NCBI GenBank assembly: GCA_963822585.1
Contig: CAWGIE010000031.1
Span: forward strand, 310,753-374,752
Direction of reading: 5' to 3'
Length of the DNA stretch: 64,000 bases
Source: an uncultured bacterium
GTDB lineage: Bacteria; Auribacterota; Erginobacteria; Erginobacterales; Erginobacteraceae
In this document: piece by piece, positions 18,878-27,072 of the stretch
How positions within the stretch are numbered: the first letter of the stretch is position 1
Layout of the letters: every line of letters starts with the position of its first letter
Made by a program: the position numbers and the translations under genes
Notes under the pieces: generated by a model
What the model was told of the DNA's origin: nothing
Seen by the model: the letters and a program-made list of their open reading frames with translations, nothing else
The model's database searches: none

Positions 18878-20458
18878 ATGAAACGTTCTAGATTAACTCT
18901 GGGTATTCTTGTCTTCGCCCTGATCGCGGGTGGAGGGATCCGTTTGGCCGGAATCATGGGGAAAAAAGAACTCGATATGGATGAGGGGATCTCCTACCTT
19001 GCCGCTACCGGCCATGAAGGGGAGTTTATACAAGTAATTAATCAAAAGCTGTACCCGTATGGCCTTTGGGTTCGGGCCTCCGAATGGAAGCGATTTATTC
19101 TTCCTGAAAACCTATTTTGCTTTCAAAAGATAGACGATGATCTGGCGCATTATGACGTTCATCCTCCTCTCTATTTTTGGTTGTTGCACGTCTGGTTTCT
19201 GATCTTCGGAGCCAACCTTTTATCCGGCCCCCTGCTGAACGTCGCCCTTTTTATTCCATCGCTGTTCGCCCTCTTCGGACTGGCCCGTTATTGCTTGAAG
19301 AACGCCGTGGAAGCTTCCCTGGTCGCTTTGATCTGGGCCGGCAGTCCGGCGGTTATCCGGATTTCATTTATAAGCCGCAACTATGGTCTTCTGGTACTGT
19401 TTGCAATCATCTTCGTCTGGAAAATACTGAGGTTTTCCGATGTAACGACAAAAATCAAATGGCCGGATTATGTTTTATTGTTGATAACGGCGGCCGGCGG
19501 ACTCTTGACCCATTATCACTTTTTTCTGTTGATGGCCGGTTCCTCTTTGTTCTTGATTGCCCGGCTTTTCCGGAGCAATAAACGGCGGCTGACAGCAGCG
19601 CTTGGCTTACTGGCGATTAGTTGCTTACTGCTGCTCTTTTTCCATCCCGATTTTTATCTTTCTTTTCTCCTGGAACAATCTCGAGATCATTCTATTCAAT
19701 ATCGGGGCTTTTTTTTCAGGCTGAATAGGGTCATAACCGCTTTCTTAAATTTTATTGTCGGTAACCGGATGATCCAGCGGGGTCTGATAATTATTTCAGT
19801 TGTGATTATTATCCCGTTTTTCATTATTCGAGTCATGAATCGCCGGCGACGAATCAAGGCAACGGATAATATAAATTTTACCGGCTTATCGATTATCTAT
19901 TTTTTAGTCTGGACGGGAGGGAGTATCACCCTACTTTACCTTATCGGTACCACCTCGTTACAACAGATGGGGAGAAGGTATCTGAGCATGATATATCCTT
20001 TTCTGGCGTTTGTTCCGGTGATGTTCTTCCGTTTTTTTAAAAAAACGAAGATTTTAGTGAGCACAAGTTTCTGCGCGCTCATCTTTATTTCCGCCGCTAT
20101 GATGGTGTGGCATTATAATGAGACTCAAAAGCGAATATCCGATCTGTTTGCATTACTGCATAAACCCCAAAAAGTTTTAATTGATAACGATTCCAGATTA
20201 TTTATCCCTCCCCTTCTCTCGCATATGCCGGAGGATATTTATTTATTCATAGCCGATCAGGATTTCCTGTTAAAGCAGCGAAATGACTGGTTGAATAACC
20301 TCGGCGATTCATCCGTATATATCAGTCGAGCCTATAAGAAAGAGATACTCGGCCGGCAGGAAATTCTTGCCATGATCGGCGGGACCTGCGAAATTGAGCC
20401 GGTTGACGGTACCATCATGGGATGGGGGAATATTTACATCTTAAGCCTAAAACGCTAA
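18878..20458 (+). CDS. GT-C (ArnT/PMT-like) membrane glycosyltransferase
   Basis: LDMDEG after TM1, DVHPPLYFWLLH, SRNY and LTHYH motifs; many TMs; lower GC than neighbours. Confidence 0.75.
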   Translation: MKRSRLTLGILVFALIAGGGIRLAGIMGKKELDMDEGISYLAATGHEGEFIQVINQKLYPYGLWVRASEWKRFILPENLFCFQKIDDDLAHYDVHPPLYFWLLHVWFLIFGANLLSGPLLNVALFIPSLFALFGLARYCLKNAVEASLVALIWAGSPAVIRISFISRNYGLLVLFAIIFVWKILRFSDVTTKIKWPDYVLLLITAAGGLLTHYHFFLLMAGSSLFLIARLFRSNKRRLTAALGLLAISCLLLLFFHPDFYLSFLLEQSRDHSIQYRGFFFRLNRVITAFLNFIVGNRMIQRGLIIISVVIIIPFFIIRVMNRRRRIKATDNINFTGLSIIYFLVWTGGSITLLYLIGTTSLQQMGRRYLSMIYPFLAFVPVMFFRFFKKTKILVSTSFCALIFISAAMMVWHYNETQKRISDLFALLHKPQKVLIDNDSRLFIPPLLSHMPEDIYLFIADQDFLLKQRNDWLNNLGDSSVYISRAYKKEILGRQEILAMIGGTCEIEPVDGTIMGWGNIYILSLKR

Positions 20459-20491
20459 ATCCCCCCTCCGGATTTTTAGAAGATCCAGTAG

Positions 20492-20700
20492 TGTAGGATC
20501 GTCCTTTCGCTTTCGCGACAGGACTTGTAGGATCAGAATGTCTCCGGCATTCTTTGTAGTAATTGCAGGATCGCTTCGCTTGCGGTTCAGCAAGCTTTGC
20601 CCCCGGCAAGGCGATACTGCATTTACTACATCTCCTACAAGTCCTTCACGAAGTGAGGGACGATCCTACATAAATTTGCGAGCGCAGCGAGCTAATTTAT
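20492..20700 (+). repeat. ~205-bp GTAG-type REPIN/MITE-like element, copy 2
   Basis: Same internal blocks as 15679-15883 (caggacttgtaggatcagaatgtct..ggcattctttgtag; gcaaggcgatact; gacgatcctacataaatttgcgagcgcagcgagctaatttat) directly before ATG 20701. Confidence 0.85.
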
Positions 20701-21813
20701 ATGACCTTCTCCGTTCTTCAGGTCGGAAAATTCTACCATCCCTACCGGGGCGGCATGGAAACCTATCTCCTCGACCTCTGCCAGGGATTGAAAGATAAGG
20801 TCGATCTCCGGGTCCTGGTCTCCAACACCTCTCCCCGGACCATCCGGGAGGATGTGGACGGCGTGGACGTCATCCGGGCGGGGAGCTGGGGACGCCTCTT
20901 CTCCACCTCGTTCTGTACCGCGTTTCCGCGCCTGATCAGACAGCATGCCGGAGATATTATTACCATCCATCACCCCAACCCCCTGGCCACCCTGTCCTAC
21001 CTGAAAGCCCGGCCCCCGGGACGTCTGACCGTCGTTTATCACAGCGATATCGTCAAACAGAAACTGACGGAATTGCTCTACCGGCCCCTCCTGATGAAAT
21101 TTATGCGGAGAGTAGAGAGGATCAGCGTCACGTCGCCGCATTATATAGAAGGTTCGCCGGTGCTGGGGAAATTCCGGGAGAAGTGCGTGGTCATCCCAAT
21201 CGGGATCGACCTCTCCCTTTTCGATGAGACGGAAGCCGTGGCCGCGAAAGTCCGCCGGATCCGCCGGATGCACGGCGAGAGGATCGTTCTCTTTATCGGG
21301 CGGATGACACTTTACAAGGGGATCGAATATCTAATCAAAGCAATGCAGGCAGTAAACGCGAAACTCCTCGTCATCGGGAACGGGGAGCGGTTCGATGCTC
21401 TGAAGATGATGATCGTCTCCCATCACCTTGAGGACAGGGTAGCGTTGATGAGTGAAGTCTCCGCGGACGATCTTCGGGCCTACCTCCGCGCCTGCACTGT
21501 CTTTTGCCTCCCCTCCATCTCCCGGAACGAGGCCTTCGGGATCGTCCAGCTGGAGGCGATGGCCAGCTCCCGGCCGGTCGTCAGCTCCCGGCTCGATACC
21601 GGCATCACCTATACCAACCAGGACGGGATAACCGGCCTGGTGGTTCCTCCCCGGGACTCACGGGCCCTGGCCGCGGCCCTGAACCGGCTCCTCGATAATC
21701 CCAACCTGGCCGAGGAGATGGGACGGCAGGGACGCTTGCGGGTGGAACGGGAATTCACCAAGGAAAAAATGGCGGAGAAGACTTTCCTGATGTACCGCGA
21801 TCTGTTACGATGA
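20701..21813 (+). CDS. Glycosyltransferase family 4
   Basis: KFYHPYRGGME, FIGRMTLYKG and EAFGIVQLEAMASSRPVV motifs. Confidence 0.9.
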   Translation: MTFSVLQVGKFYHPYRGGMETYLLDLCQGLKDKVDLRVLVSNTSPRTIREDVDGVDVIRAGSWGRLFSTSFCTAFPRLIRQHAGDIITIHHPNPLATLSYLKARPPGRLTVVYHSDIVKQKLTELLYRPLLMKFMRRVERISVTSPHYIEGSPVLGKFREKCVVIPIGIDLSLFDETEAVAAKVRRIRRMHGERIVLFIGRMTLYKGIEYLIKAMQAVNAKLLVIGNGERFDALKMMIVSHHLEDRVALMSEVSADDLRAYLRACTVFCLPSISRNEAFGIVQLEAMASSRPVVSSRLDTGITYTNQDGITGLVVPPRDSRALAAALNRLLDNPNLAEEMGRQGRLRVEREFTKEKMAEKTFLMYRDLLR

Positions 21814-21817
21814 TCGC

Positions 21818-22882
21818 ATGAAATTTCTCATCTTCATCGCCACCTTCGCGGTCTCCCTTTTTATCACCCCCCGGCTGGTTCATCTCTCCTCCCGCTTCGG
21901 CGTCTCCTATCACGCCGGAGACGGGAGCGTCCGTTCCCGGATTGCCCCCCTCCTGGGTGGTCTGTCCATCTACATTTCCTTTCTCTTCATCACCGTGGTT
22001 GTTTTCCTCCTCAGCCGGGGAAAAATGCTCGGTGAATATGATTACCAGTACCTGGGGATCATCCTCGGGGGAAGCCTGATGCTGGCCCTGGGAATCTATG
22101 ACGACGTCCGGGGCGCCCCCCGACCGCTCAAAATCGCCGTCCAGACCCTGGGGGCGCTGATTTTGATCGGGTGCGGCTACCGGATAACCACCATCTCCTG
22201 TTTCTTCTGCGGGAAGATCGAGATCGGAGCCTGGGGAATCCCCCTCCTGGTCATCTGGATTGTCGGGGTGACCAATGCCCTCTCCCTGATCGATAAGATT
22301 GACGGTCTGGCCTGCGGGGTGGCGACAATCTGCGGGGTGACCCTCTTCTTCGCCGGGATCAGCGGTCCCCCTTTTGCGCCGGTACTGGCATTGGCGGTAG
22401 CCGGCAGTGCGGCGGGATTTCTCCGCTACAACTTCTATCCGGCCCGGATCTTCCCCGGTTCCGGAGGGACGCTCTTTTTGGGCTTCGTGCTGGCCGCGGT
22501 GGCCGCGCAGGGTTCGTTCAAGATAACCGCCGGGTTAACCCTGATGATACCGCTTCTGGCCCTTCTGACCGTTCTTTTCAATTATTTTCATTCCACCCTG
22601 AGCCGACGCCCGGGGAAAGATGGTGACCGGCAGCTTCACAACCGGCTTATTTTAATGGGTTATTCTCCGAAACAGTCTGTCCTGATATTATATATTCTTC
22701 AGGCCAATCTCGGCACCATCGCCCTGGTCATGGCCTATGCCGGCAGGACTCTGGCCATAGCGATCTTTTTCCTGGTGGGGAGCATGCTCTACATCCTCTT
22801 CCGGATCATGGAAGACTACCGCGCGCGGATTCTTGAGCTGGAAGGACAAGGGGAAGAACAACCGGTAATCAGTGATCAGTAA
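21818..22882 (+). CDS. MraY/WecA-family polyprenyl-phosphate sugar-1-P transferase, degenerate paralogue
   Basis: PLLGGL, GIYDD and NFYPARIF present, but GDxG reads GSGG and HHLHH reads RQLHN. Confidence 0.75.
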   Translation: MKFLIFIATFAVSLFITPRLVHLSSRFGVSYHAGDGSVRSRIAPLLGGLSIYISFLFITVVVFLLSRGKMLGEYDYQYLGIILGGSLMLALGIYDDVRGAPRPLKIAVQTLGALILIGCGYRITTISCFFCGKIEIGAWGIPLLVIWIVGVTNALSLIDKIDGLACGVATICGVTLFFAGISGPPFAPVLALAVAGSAAGFLRYNFYPARIFPGSGGTLFLGFVLAAVAAQGSFKITAGLTLMIPLLALLTVLFNYFHSTLSRRPGKDGDRQLHNRLILMGYSPKQSVLILYILQANLGTIALVMAYAGRTLAIAIFFLVGSMLYILFRIMEDYRARILELEGQGEEQPVISDQ

Positions 22883-22953
22883 TCGGTCCCGAAAAGTTCT
22901 GACTTCGTCAGAACCTCGGGATCTCCGCTGCGCTCCGATAATCGGTAATCAGT
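22863..22953. repeat. Tandem GTAATC(A/G) heptamers interrupted by a REP hairpin
   Basis: cggtaatcagtgatcagtaatcggt + cccgaaaagttctgacttcgtcagaacctcggg + taatcggtaatcagt; supplies the last codons and stop of the upstream gene. Confidence 0.75.
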
Positions 22954-22990
22954 TTAAACAATTTAATTTTTCCGCAGGAAAAATTTAATT

Positions 22991-24037
22991 ATGTATTGGC
23001 TCATCTTCATCATCGCTTTCTTGATCTCTTTTTTAATAACCCCCTCCCTGATCCGGATAGTCGGACAGAGGGGGATTATGGCCCGACCCCTGGATCAAAC
23101 CGCCGGAGATCGGACGGTGCCCCTGCTGGGAGGCCTTGCCATCTTTCTCGCCTTTACGGTGTCCTCCTCCCTCGCCTTCCTGCTCAGCCGCGGGAAGATG
23201 CTGGGGGAGTTTGATATCCATTTCCTGGGATTGCTGGCGGGGGGCCTCATCCTCCTCCTCCTGGGCATCTACGATGACATAAGAGGCCTCAAGGCGCCGG
23301 TTAAACTGATTTTCCAGACGATCGCCGCGGTGGTGCTGATTTTATGCGGGTATAATGTGGAGGTGCTTACCAATCCCTTCGGAGGACAGATCCAGATCGG
23401 CCTCTGGGGGATACCCCTGGTCATCCTCTGGATCGTCGGTGTCACCAACGCCTTCAACCTGCTCGACGGCCTGGACGGCCTGGCCTGCGGGGTGGCCTCC
23501 ATCGCCGGACTGACCCTCTTCTTCTGCAGCCTGGGCGATTCCCCATTCATGCCCACCATCGCCATCGCGCTGGTGGGGGGATGCCTCGGGTTTCTTCCTT
23601 TCAACCGGTTCCCGGCCCGGATATTCATGGGCGATACCGGCAGTCTCTTGGTGGGGTTCGTGCTGGCGGCGGTCTCGATTCAGAGTTCCTTCAAAACGAC
23701 CGCCGGGATAGCGCTGGTGCTCCCGCTGATCGCCCTCCTCCTCCCGATCGCCGATACTACGATCGCCTTCATCCGGCGGCTGGTTCGCAAAAGGGATCCC
23801 TTCAGCGGCGACCTCCATCACCTGCACCACCGGCTGGTGGCGCTGGGATTCTCGCAAAAAGAGGCGGTAAGAATGTTCTACCTGCTCACGATTAACCTGG
23901 GGATGATCGCCCTGGTGATGAAATATGCCGGGCGGGCACTGGCTTTCGGGATGCTTTTTTTAATCGGCCTGATCTTCTTTCTCTTCCTGAAGATCATCGA
24001 GGATTTCCGTTTCTCCATCAATGCTCGGAAAAAATAG
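22991..24037 (+). CDS. wecA: Undecaprenyl-phosphate N-acetylhexosamine-1-phosphate transferase (WecA/TagO-like)
   Basis: GIYDD, NAFNLLDGLDGL, PARIFMGDTGS, DTT..RR and DLHHLHHRL motifs all intact. Confidence 0.85.
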   Translation: MYWLIFIIAFLISFLITPSLIRIVGQRGIMARPLDQTAGDRTVPLLGGLAIFLAFTVSSSLAFLLSRGKMLGEFDIHFLGLLAGGLILLLLGIYDDIRGLKAPVKLIFQTIAAVVLILCGYNVEVLTNPFGGQIQIGLWGIPLVILWIVGVTNAFNLLDGLDGLACGVASIAGLTLFFCSLGDSPFMPTIAIALVGGCLGFLPFNRFPARIFMGDTGSLLVGFVLAAVSIQSSFKTTAGIALVLPLIALLLPIADTTIAFIRRLVRKRDPFSGDLHHLHHRLVALGFSQKEAVRMFYLLTINLGMIALVMKYAGRALAFGMLFLIGLIFFLFLKIIEDFRFSINARKK

Positions 24038-24054
24038 AAAAGCCCTTTTTCACC

Positions 24055-25200
24055 ATGAAGAACATGAAGGACACGAAGAAAAAAGTAAAACCACCCATCG
24101 ACAGTTCCATCGAGTCTCCGATCTGGGAGAAGATGCGCACGCAGCATCTTCCTATTCACGGCTCGATCGAGCTGACCCGGCGGTGCAACCTTAAGTGCCC
24201 TTACTGCTATCTCCGTTTCGCCCGGAACACTCCTCCGGAAGATGAACTGAGCCGGGAGGAGATATTCTCCCTCTTCGATCAGTTTGCCGGAGAAGGGTGC
24301 GTCTTCCTCACCTTCACGGGGGGGGAACCGCTCGCGCTCGATGACTTCCATACTATTTATCTGAATGCCCTACGAAAGGGATTTTTAGTGACCATATTCA
24401 CCAACGGCACGCTGATTGACCGGGAAATGGCCGATTTCTTCGCCCGTTATCCCCCCTTTCATATTGATATTACTGTCTTCGGGGCAACCGAAAAAACATA
24501 TGAACAGGTCTCCGGTGTCAAGGGCAGTTACCGGCAGTCTCAGACCGCGATCCAATTATTGTCGCAGAAAAAAATACCCTTCGGATTAAAATCTGTCATC
24601 AACACACTCAATCACCACGAGATCGGGGAGATGAAAACACAGGCAGGGGATTTGGGGCAGATCTTCCGGTTTGACTCGTTGATCTGCCCTCAATTAAACG
24701 GCTCGCGAGAGGGCATTCAACACCGCCTCTCTCCCGAGGAGATTGTCAGGACTGACCGCCGGGATAAAGACAGATGGGAGGAATGGGTGGAGTTTGCCTG
24801 CCGGGACCGGGCAAGCGCCGGGGACAGGCGACTCTATCGCTGCGGAGGAGGGCTTTATTCTTTTCACGTGAATTCAAGTGGGCGACTTAGCATCTGCACA
24901 CTAGATACCAACTATCAATATGATCTCAAAAAAGGGACATTCCATGAAGGGTGGCATACCTTCATCCCCCGAATCCGGGCTATCCAGGCCAATGAGAAGA
25001 GCGTATGCGGGAACTGCAAACTTAGCTCAATCTGCACTGTCTGCCCCGCCTGGTCAAAAATGGAAACCGGCGAACCGGACCGATCGGTAGAATTCCTTTG
25101 CCAGATCGCACGGTTACGGGGTATATTATTTGAAGAGTATCGGAGAAATAGCCATGAAAAAGAAAAAACTTTACCATCCGCCGCAAGTAACGTCCGTTGA
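24055..25200 (+). CDS. Radical SAM/SPASM-domain protein (peptide maturase-like)
   Basis: CNLKCPYC (CxxxCxxC), TGGEP, TNGTLI; SPASM Cys set CGGG...SIC and CGNCKLSSICTVCPA...C. Start uncertain because the first codons lie in a CACGAAG-type repeat arm. Confidence 0.9.
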   Translation: MKNMKDTKKKVKPPIDSSIESPIWEKMRTQHLPIHGSIELTRRCNLKCPYCYLRFARNTPPEDELSREEIFSLFDQFAGEGCVFLTFTGGEPLALDDFHTIYLNALRKGFLVTIFTNGTLIDREMADFFARYPPFHIDITVFGATEKTYEQVSGVKGSYRQSQTAIQLLSQKKIPFGLKSVINTLNHHEIGEMKTQAGDLGQIFRFDSLICPQLNGSREGIQHRLSPEEIVRTDRRDKDRWEEWVEFACRDRASAGDRRLYRCGGGLYSFHVNSSGRLSICTLDTNYQYDLKKGTFHEGWHTFIPRIRAIQANEKSVCGNCKLSSICTVCPAWSKMETGEPDRSVEFLCQIARLRGILFEEYRRNSHEKEKTLPSAASNVR

Positions 25201-25312
25201 ACTGAGCTTCAACACGGCACAAATGGGGAACTGTCATACTCCAAGCGTCTCCTTTCCCCAGTCCACTTTCCCTCCCGTCCCCTGCACGCTTACGGCTTGC
25301 CACGATACGTAA
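25154..25312 (+). CDS. Candidate RiPP precursor peptide (52 aa)
   Basis: GGAGA RBS then MKKKKLYHPPQVTSVELSFNTAQMGNCHTPSVSFPQSTFPPVPCTLTACHDT; YxxPxV leader, three Cys in the C-terminal half; lies between the rSAM and kinase-like genes. Confidence 0.75.
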   Translation: MKKKKLYHPPQVTSVELSFNTAQMGNCHTPSVSFPQSTFPPVPCTLTACHDT

Positions 25313-25328
25313 GAAGAGTAAGGGTTTA

Positions 25329-26195
25329 ATGGAGACAACAACCATCGGAATAGGCGGTTTCTCCATACAAGTCAGTCTGCCCGATCGGTCCTTTCAGCTC
25401 GAAGCCTTCTATAGCTCCTTTCTTCATACTTTATCCGGTCGTCCGGATGGCGCCTGGCAGGTCAGGGCGCAAAGGCGGACGGCTGAGCCAGGAATTCCAT
25501 CTCACCTTTCTTCCCCCCTGAGATGGGAAATTTTCCGGCGGAATGGAAGTAAAGAATTCCGGGTCTGGTTGAGGGGGGGGGAGAGGCATCCCTGGAGAAC
25601 GGCATTCATGGAGGCTAATTGCTCCCGGGGAGAGATCTGGGCCGAAAGGCAAGACCGGGAGATCGTTTCATTCCCTCTATTCATTCTTGACCTACTCATC
25701 TTCTCCCACTTCCTGCTTCCCCGGGAAGGGATGATCATTCATGCCGCGGCCGTGAAGATTGACGGCGGAGCATTTCTCTTCCCCGCGCCCGCAGGGGGAG
25801 GAAAGAGCACCTGGGCTGAACTGCTGGCAGAAAACCATAACTTTACGCCCCTGGGGGAGGACAAGGTTATTCTTCGGAAAATCGGGAACACATATCATAT
25901 TTTCGGCTCCCCCTGGAATCCGCGGCCGGAATTTCAAAAGACGGACTCCGCTCATCTCCAGGGTATATTTTTTCTTCACCACAGCCCGGAAAACCGGATT
26001 GTGAGGCTTAACCAATCCTTCGCTCTTCAGGAGTTGCTTCAACAGACGTTTCTTCCGTTTAACGAGAGAGACGAACTAGACAGGGCCGTTTCCATCGTCG
26101 AAGATGTTATTAATAACGTACCCGCGTACAGTTTCGGTTTCCGCCCCGATCAAACCGCAGTGAAGTGCTTTCAGGTTTTTATCGCCTCGGAATGA
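25329..26195 (+). CDS. HPr-kinase-related P-loop protein
   Basis: IIHAAAV...FLFPAPAGGGKST (Walker A)...LGEDK...FGSPW, the pattern of HprK-related proteins in PqqD-associated cassettes. Confidence 0.8.
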   Translation: METTTIGIGGFSIQVSLPDRSFQLEAFYSSFLHTLSGRPDGAWQVRAQRRTAEPGIPSHLSSPLRWEIFRRNGSKEFRVWLRGGERHPWRTAFMEANCSRGEIWAERQDREIVSFPLFILDLLIFSHFLLPREGMIIHAAAVKIDGGAFLFPAPAGGGKSTWAELLAENHNFTPLGEDKVILRKIGNTYHIFGSPWNPRPEFQKTDSAHLQGIFFLHHSPENRIVRLNQSFALQELLQQTFLPFNERDELDRAVSIVEDVINNVPAYSFGFRPDQTAVKCFQVFIASE

Positions 26196-26242
26196 TAGAA
26201 ATTGACAGTTGTCCGTAGACCAAGGCGATTTAAACAGAAGTA

Positions 26243-26318
26243 TTGGAGTGGTGGAATACTGGAGTAATGGGAACGTCCACTTCCCCTATACTTCAATACT
26301 CCATTACTCCAACACTCC
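26243..26318. repeat. Palindrome of tandem 8-mers (TGGAGTAA/TTACTCCA)
   Basis: ttggagtggtggaatactggagtaatggga ... tacttcaatactccattactccaacactcc. Confidence 0.8.
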
Positions 26319-26425
26319 GTTTCACCTACGAAGAAAAGCAAAAATATAGATTACATGTCATTGACACTTCCTCAAATTATTGCCCACAACTCATAAATAT
26401 ATTGAGAACCATCTCTACCACAACC

Positions 26426-26944
26426 GTGAAGAGCACCGTTACACTCGATGAACTCCTGGCCTGCGACGTCCCCGTCCGGATCCGGCCGGCCGGCCGGAGC
26501 ATGCACCCGTTTATCCGGCAGGATGACTTTATTACCATCACTCCTTATTCGTCCCCTGACTTAAAAAAGTTAACAGTGGGAGAATGTATTATTTTCCGGG
26601 ACGAAGGCGGCCGGTGGCTCATCCACCGTGTCATCAAACTCGACCGGGCTGAAGAGAAGATCATCACTAAGGGAGACGCTCTTCTTCGGCCGGACCGGCC
26701 GGTATCCCCTGAGATGATCCGGGGGAAAATCAACTTGATCGAGAGAGATGCTTCGGGAAGAACACACCGCCTCGATCGCCCGTTGGCCATAAAAGTCAAC
26801 CGTCTGATCGCTCTTCTTTCCCGGGTTGAAGCCGCCCTCTCCTTCCCCCCCCGAAAAGAAATTCATATCTCCGCCGGGGCTGAACTATTCGGTAGGATAA
26901 CCAAAGCCCCCAAGTGGCTTTTGACCAGAATCTGTTTCCCCTGA
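26426..26944 (+). CDS. S24/S26 (signal-peptidase-like) serine peptidase
   Basis: GRSMHPFI (Ser), LIHRVI (His) and TKGDA boxes. Start moved to GTG 26426 because the longer ORF begins in an intergenic repeat. Confidence 0.8.
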   Translation: MKSTVTLDELLACDVPVRIRPAGRSMHPFIRQDDFITITPYSSPDLKKLTVGECIIFRDEGGRWLIHRVIKLDRAEEKIITKGDALLRPDRPVSPEMIRGKINLIERDASGRTHRLDRPLAIKVNRLIALLSRVEAALSFPPRKEIHISAGAELFGRITKAPKWLLTRICFP

Positions 26945-27072
26945 CCGAAACAACTGTATCATCGTGGGTGTGTACCTACTTGCGGATTGAAACTTCCCGA
27001 TTGATATGGTAGGTTAATAAATAAACCTTTCAAGCCGTTTGAACCGTATCCTTCCCCTGAGGCCCACATACA

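Noticed and set aside
26361..26392. Sigma70 promoter at TTGACA (also TTGACG near 62165 on the minus strand)
   Set aside because: No convincing -10 hexamer at the correct spacing; cannot be supported from sequence alone.
26243..26425. N-terminal extension of the S26 peptidase (also extensions at 10599-10805, 50901-50987, 54090-54392)
   Set aside because: They translate intergenic repeats or overlap a neighbouring gene; downstream starts give coherent proteins.
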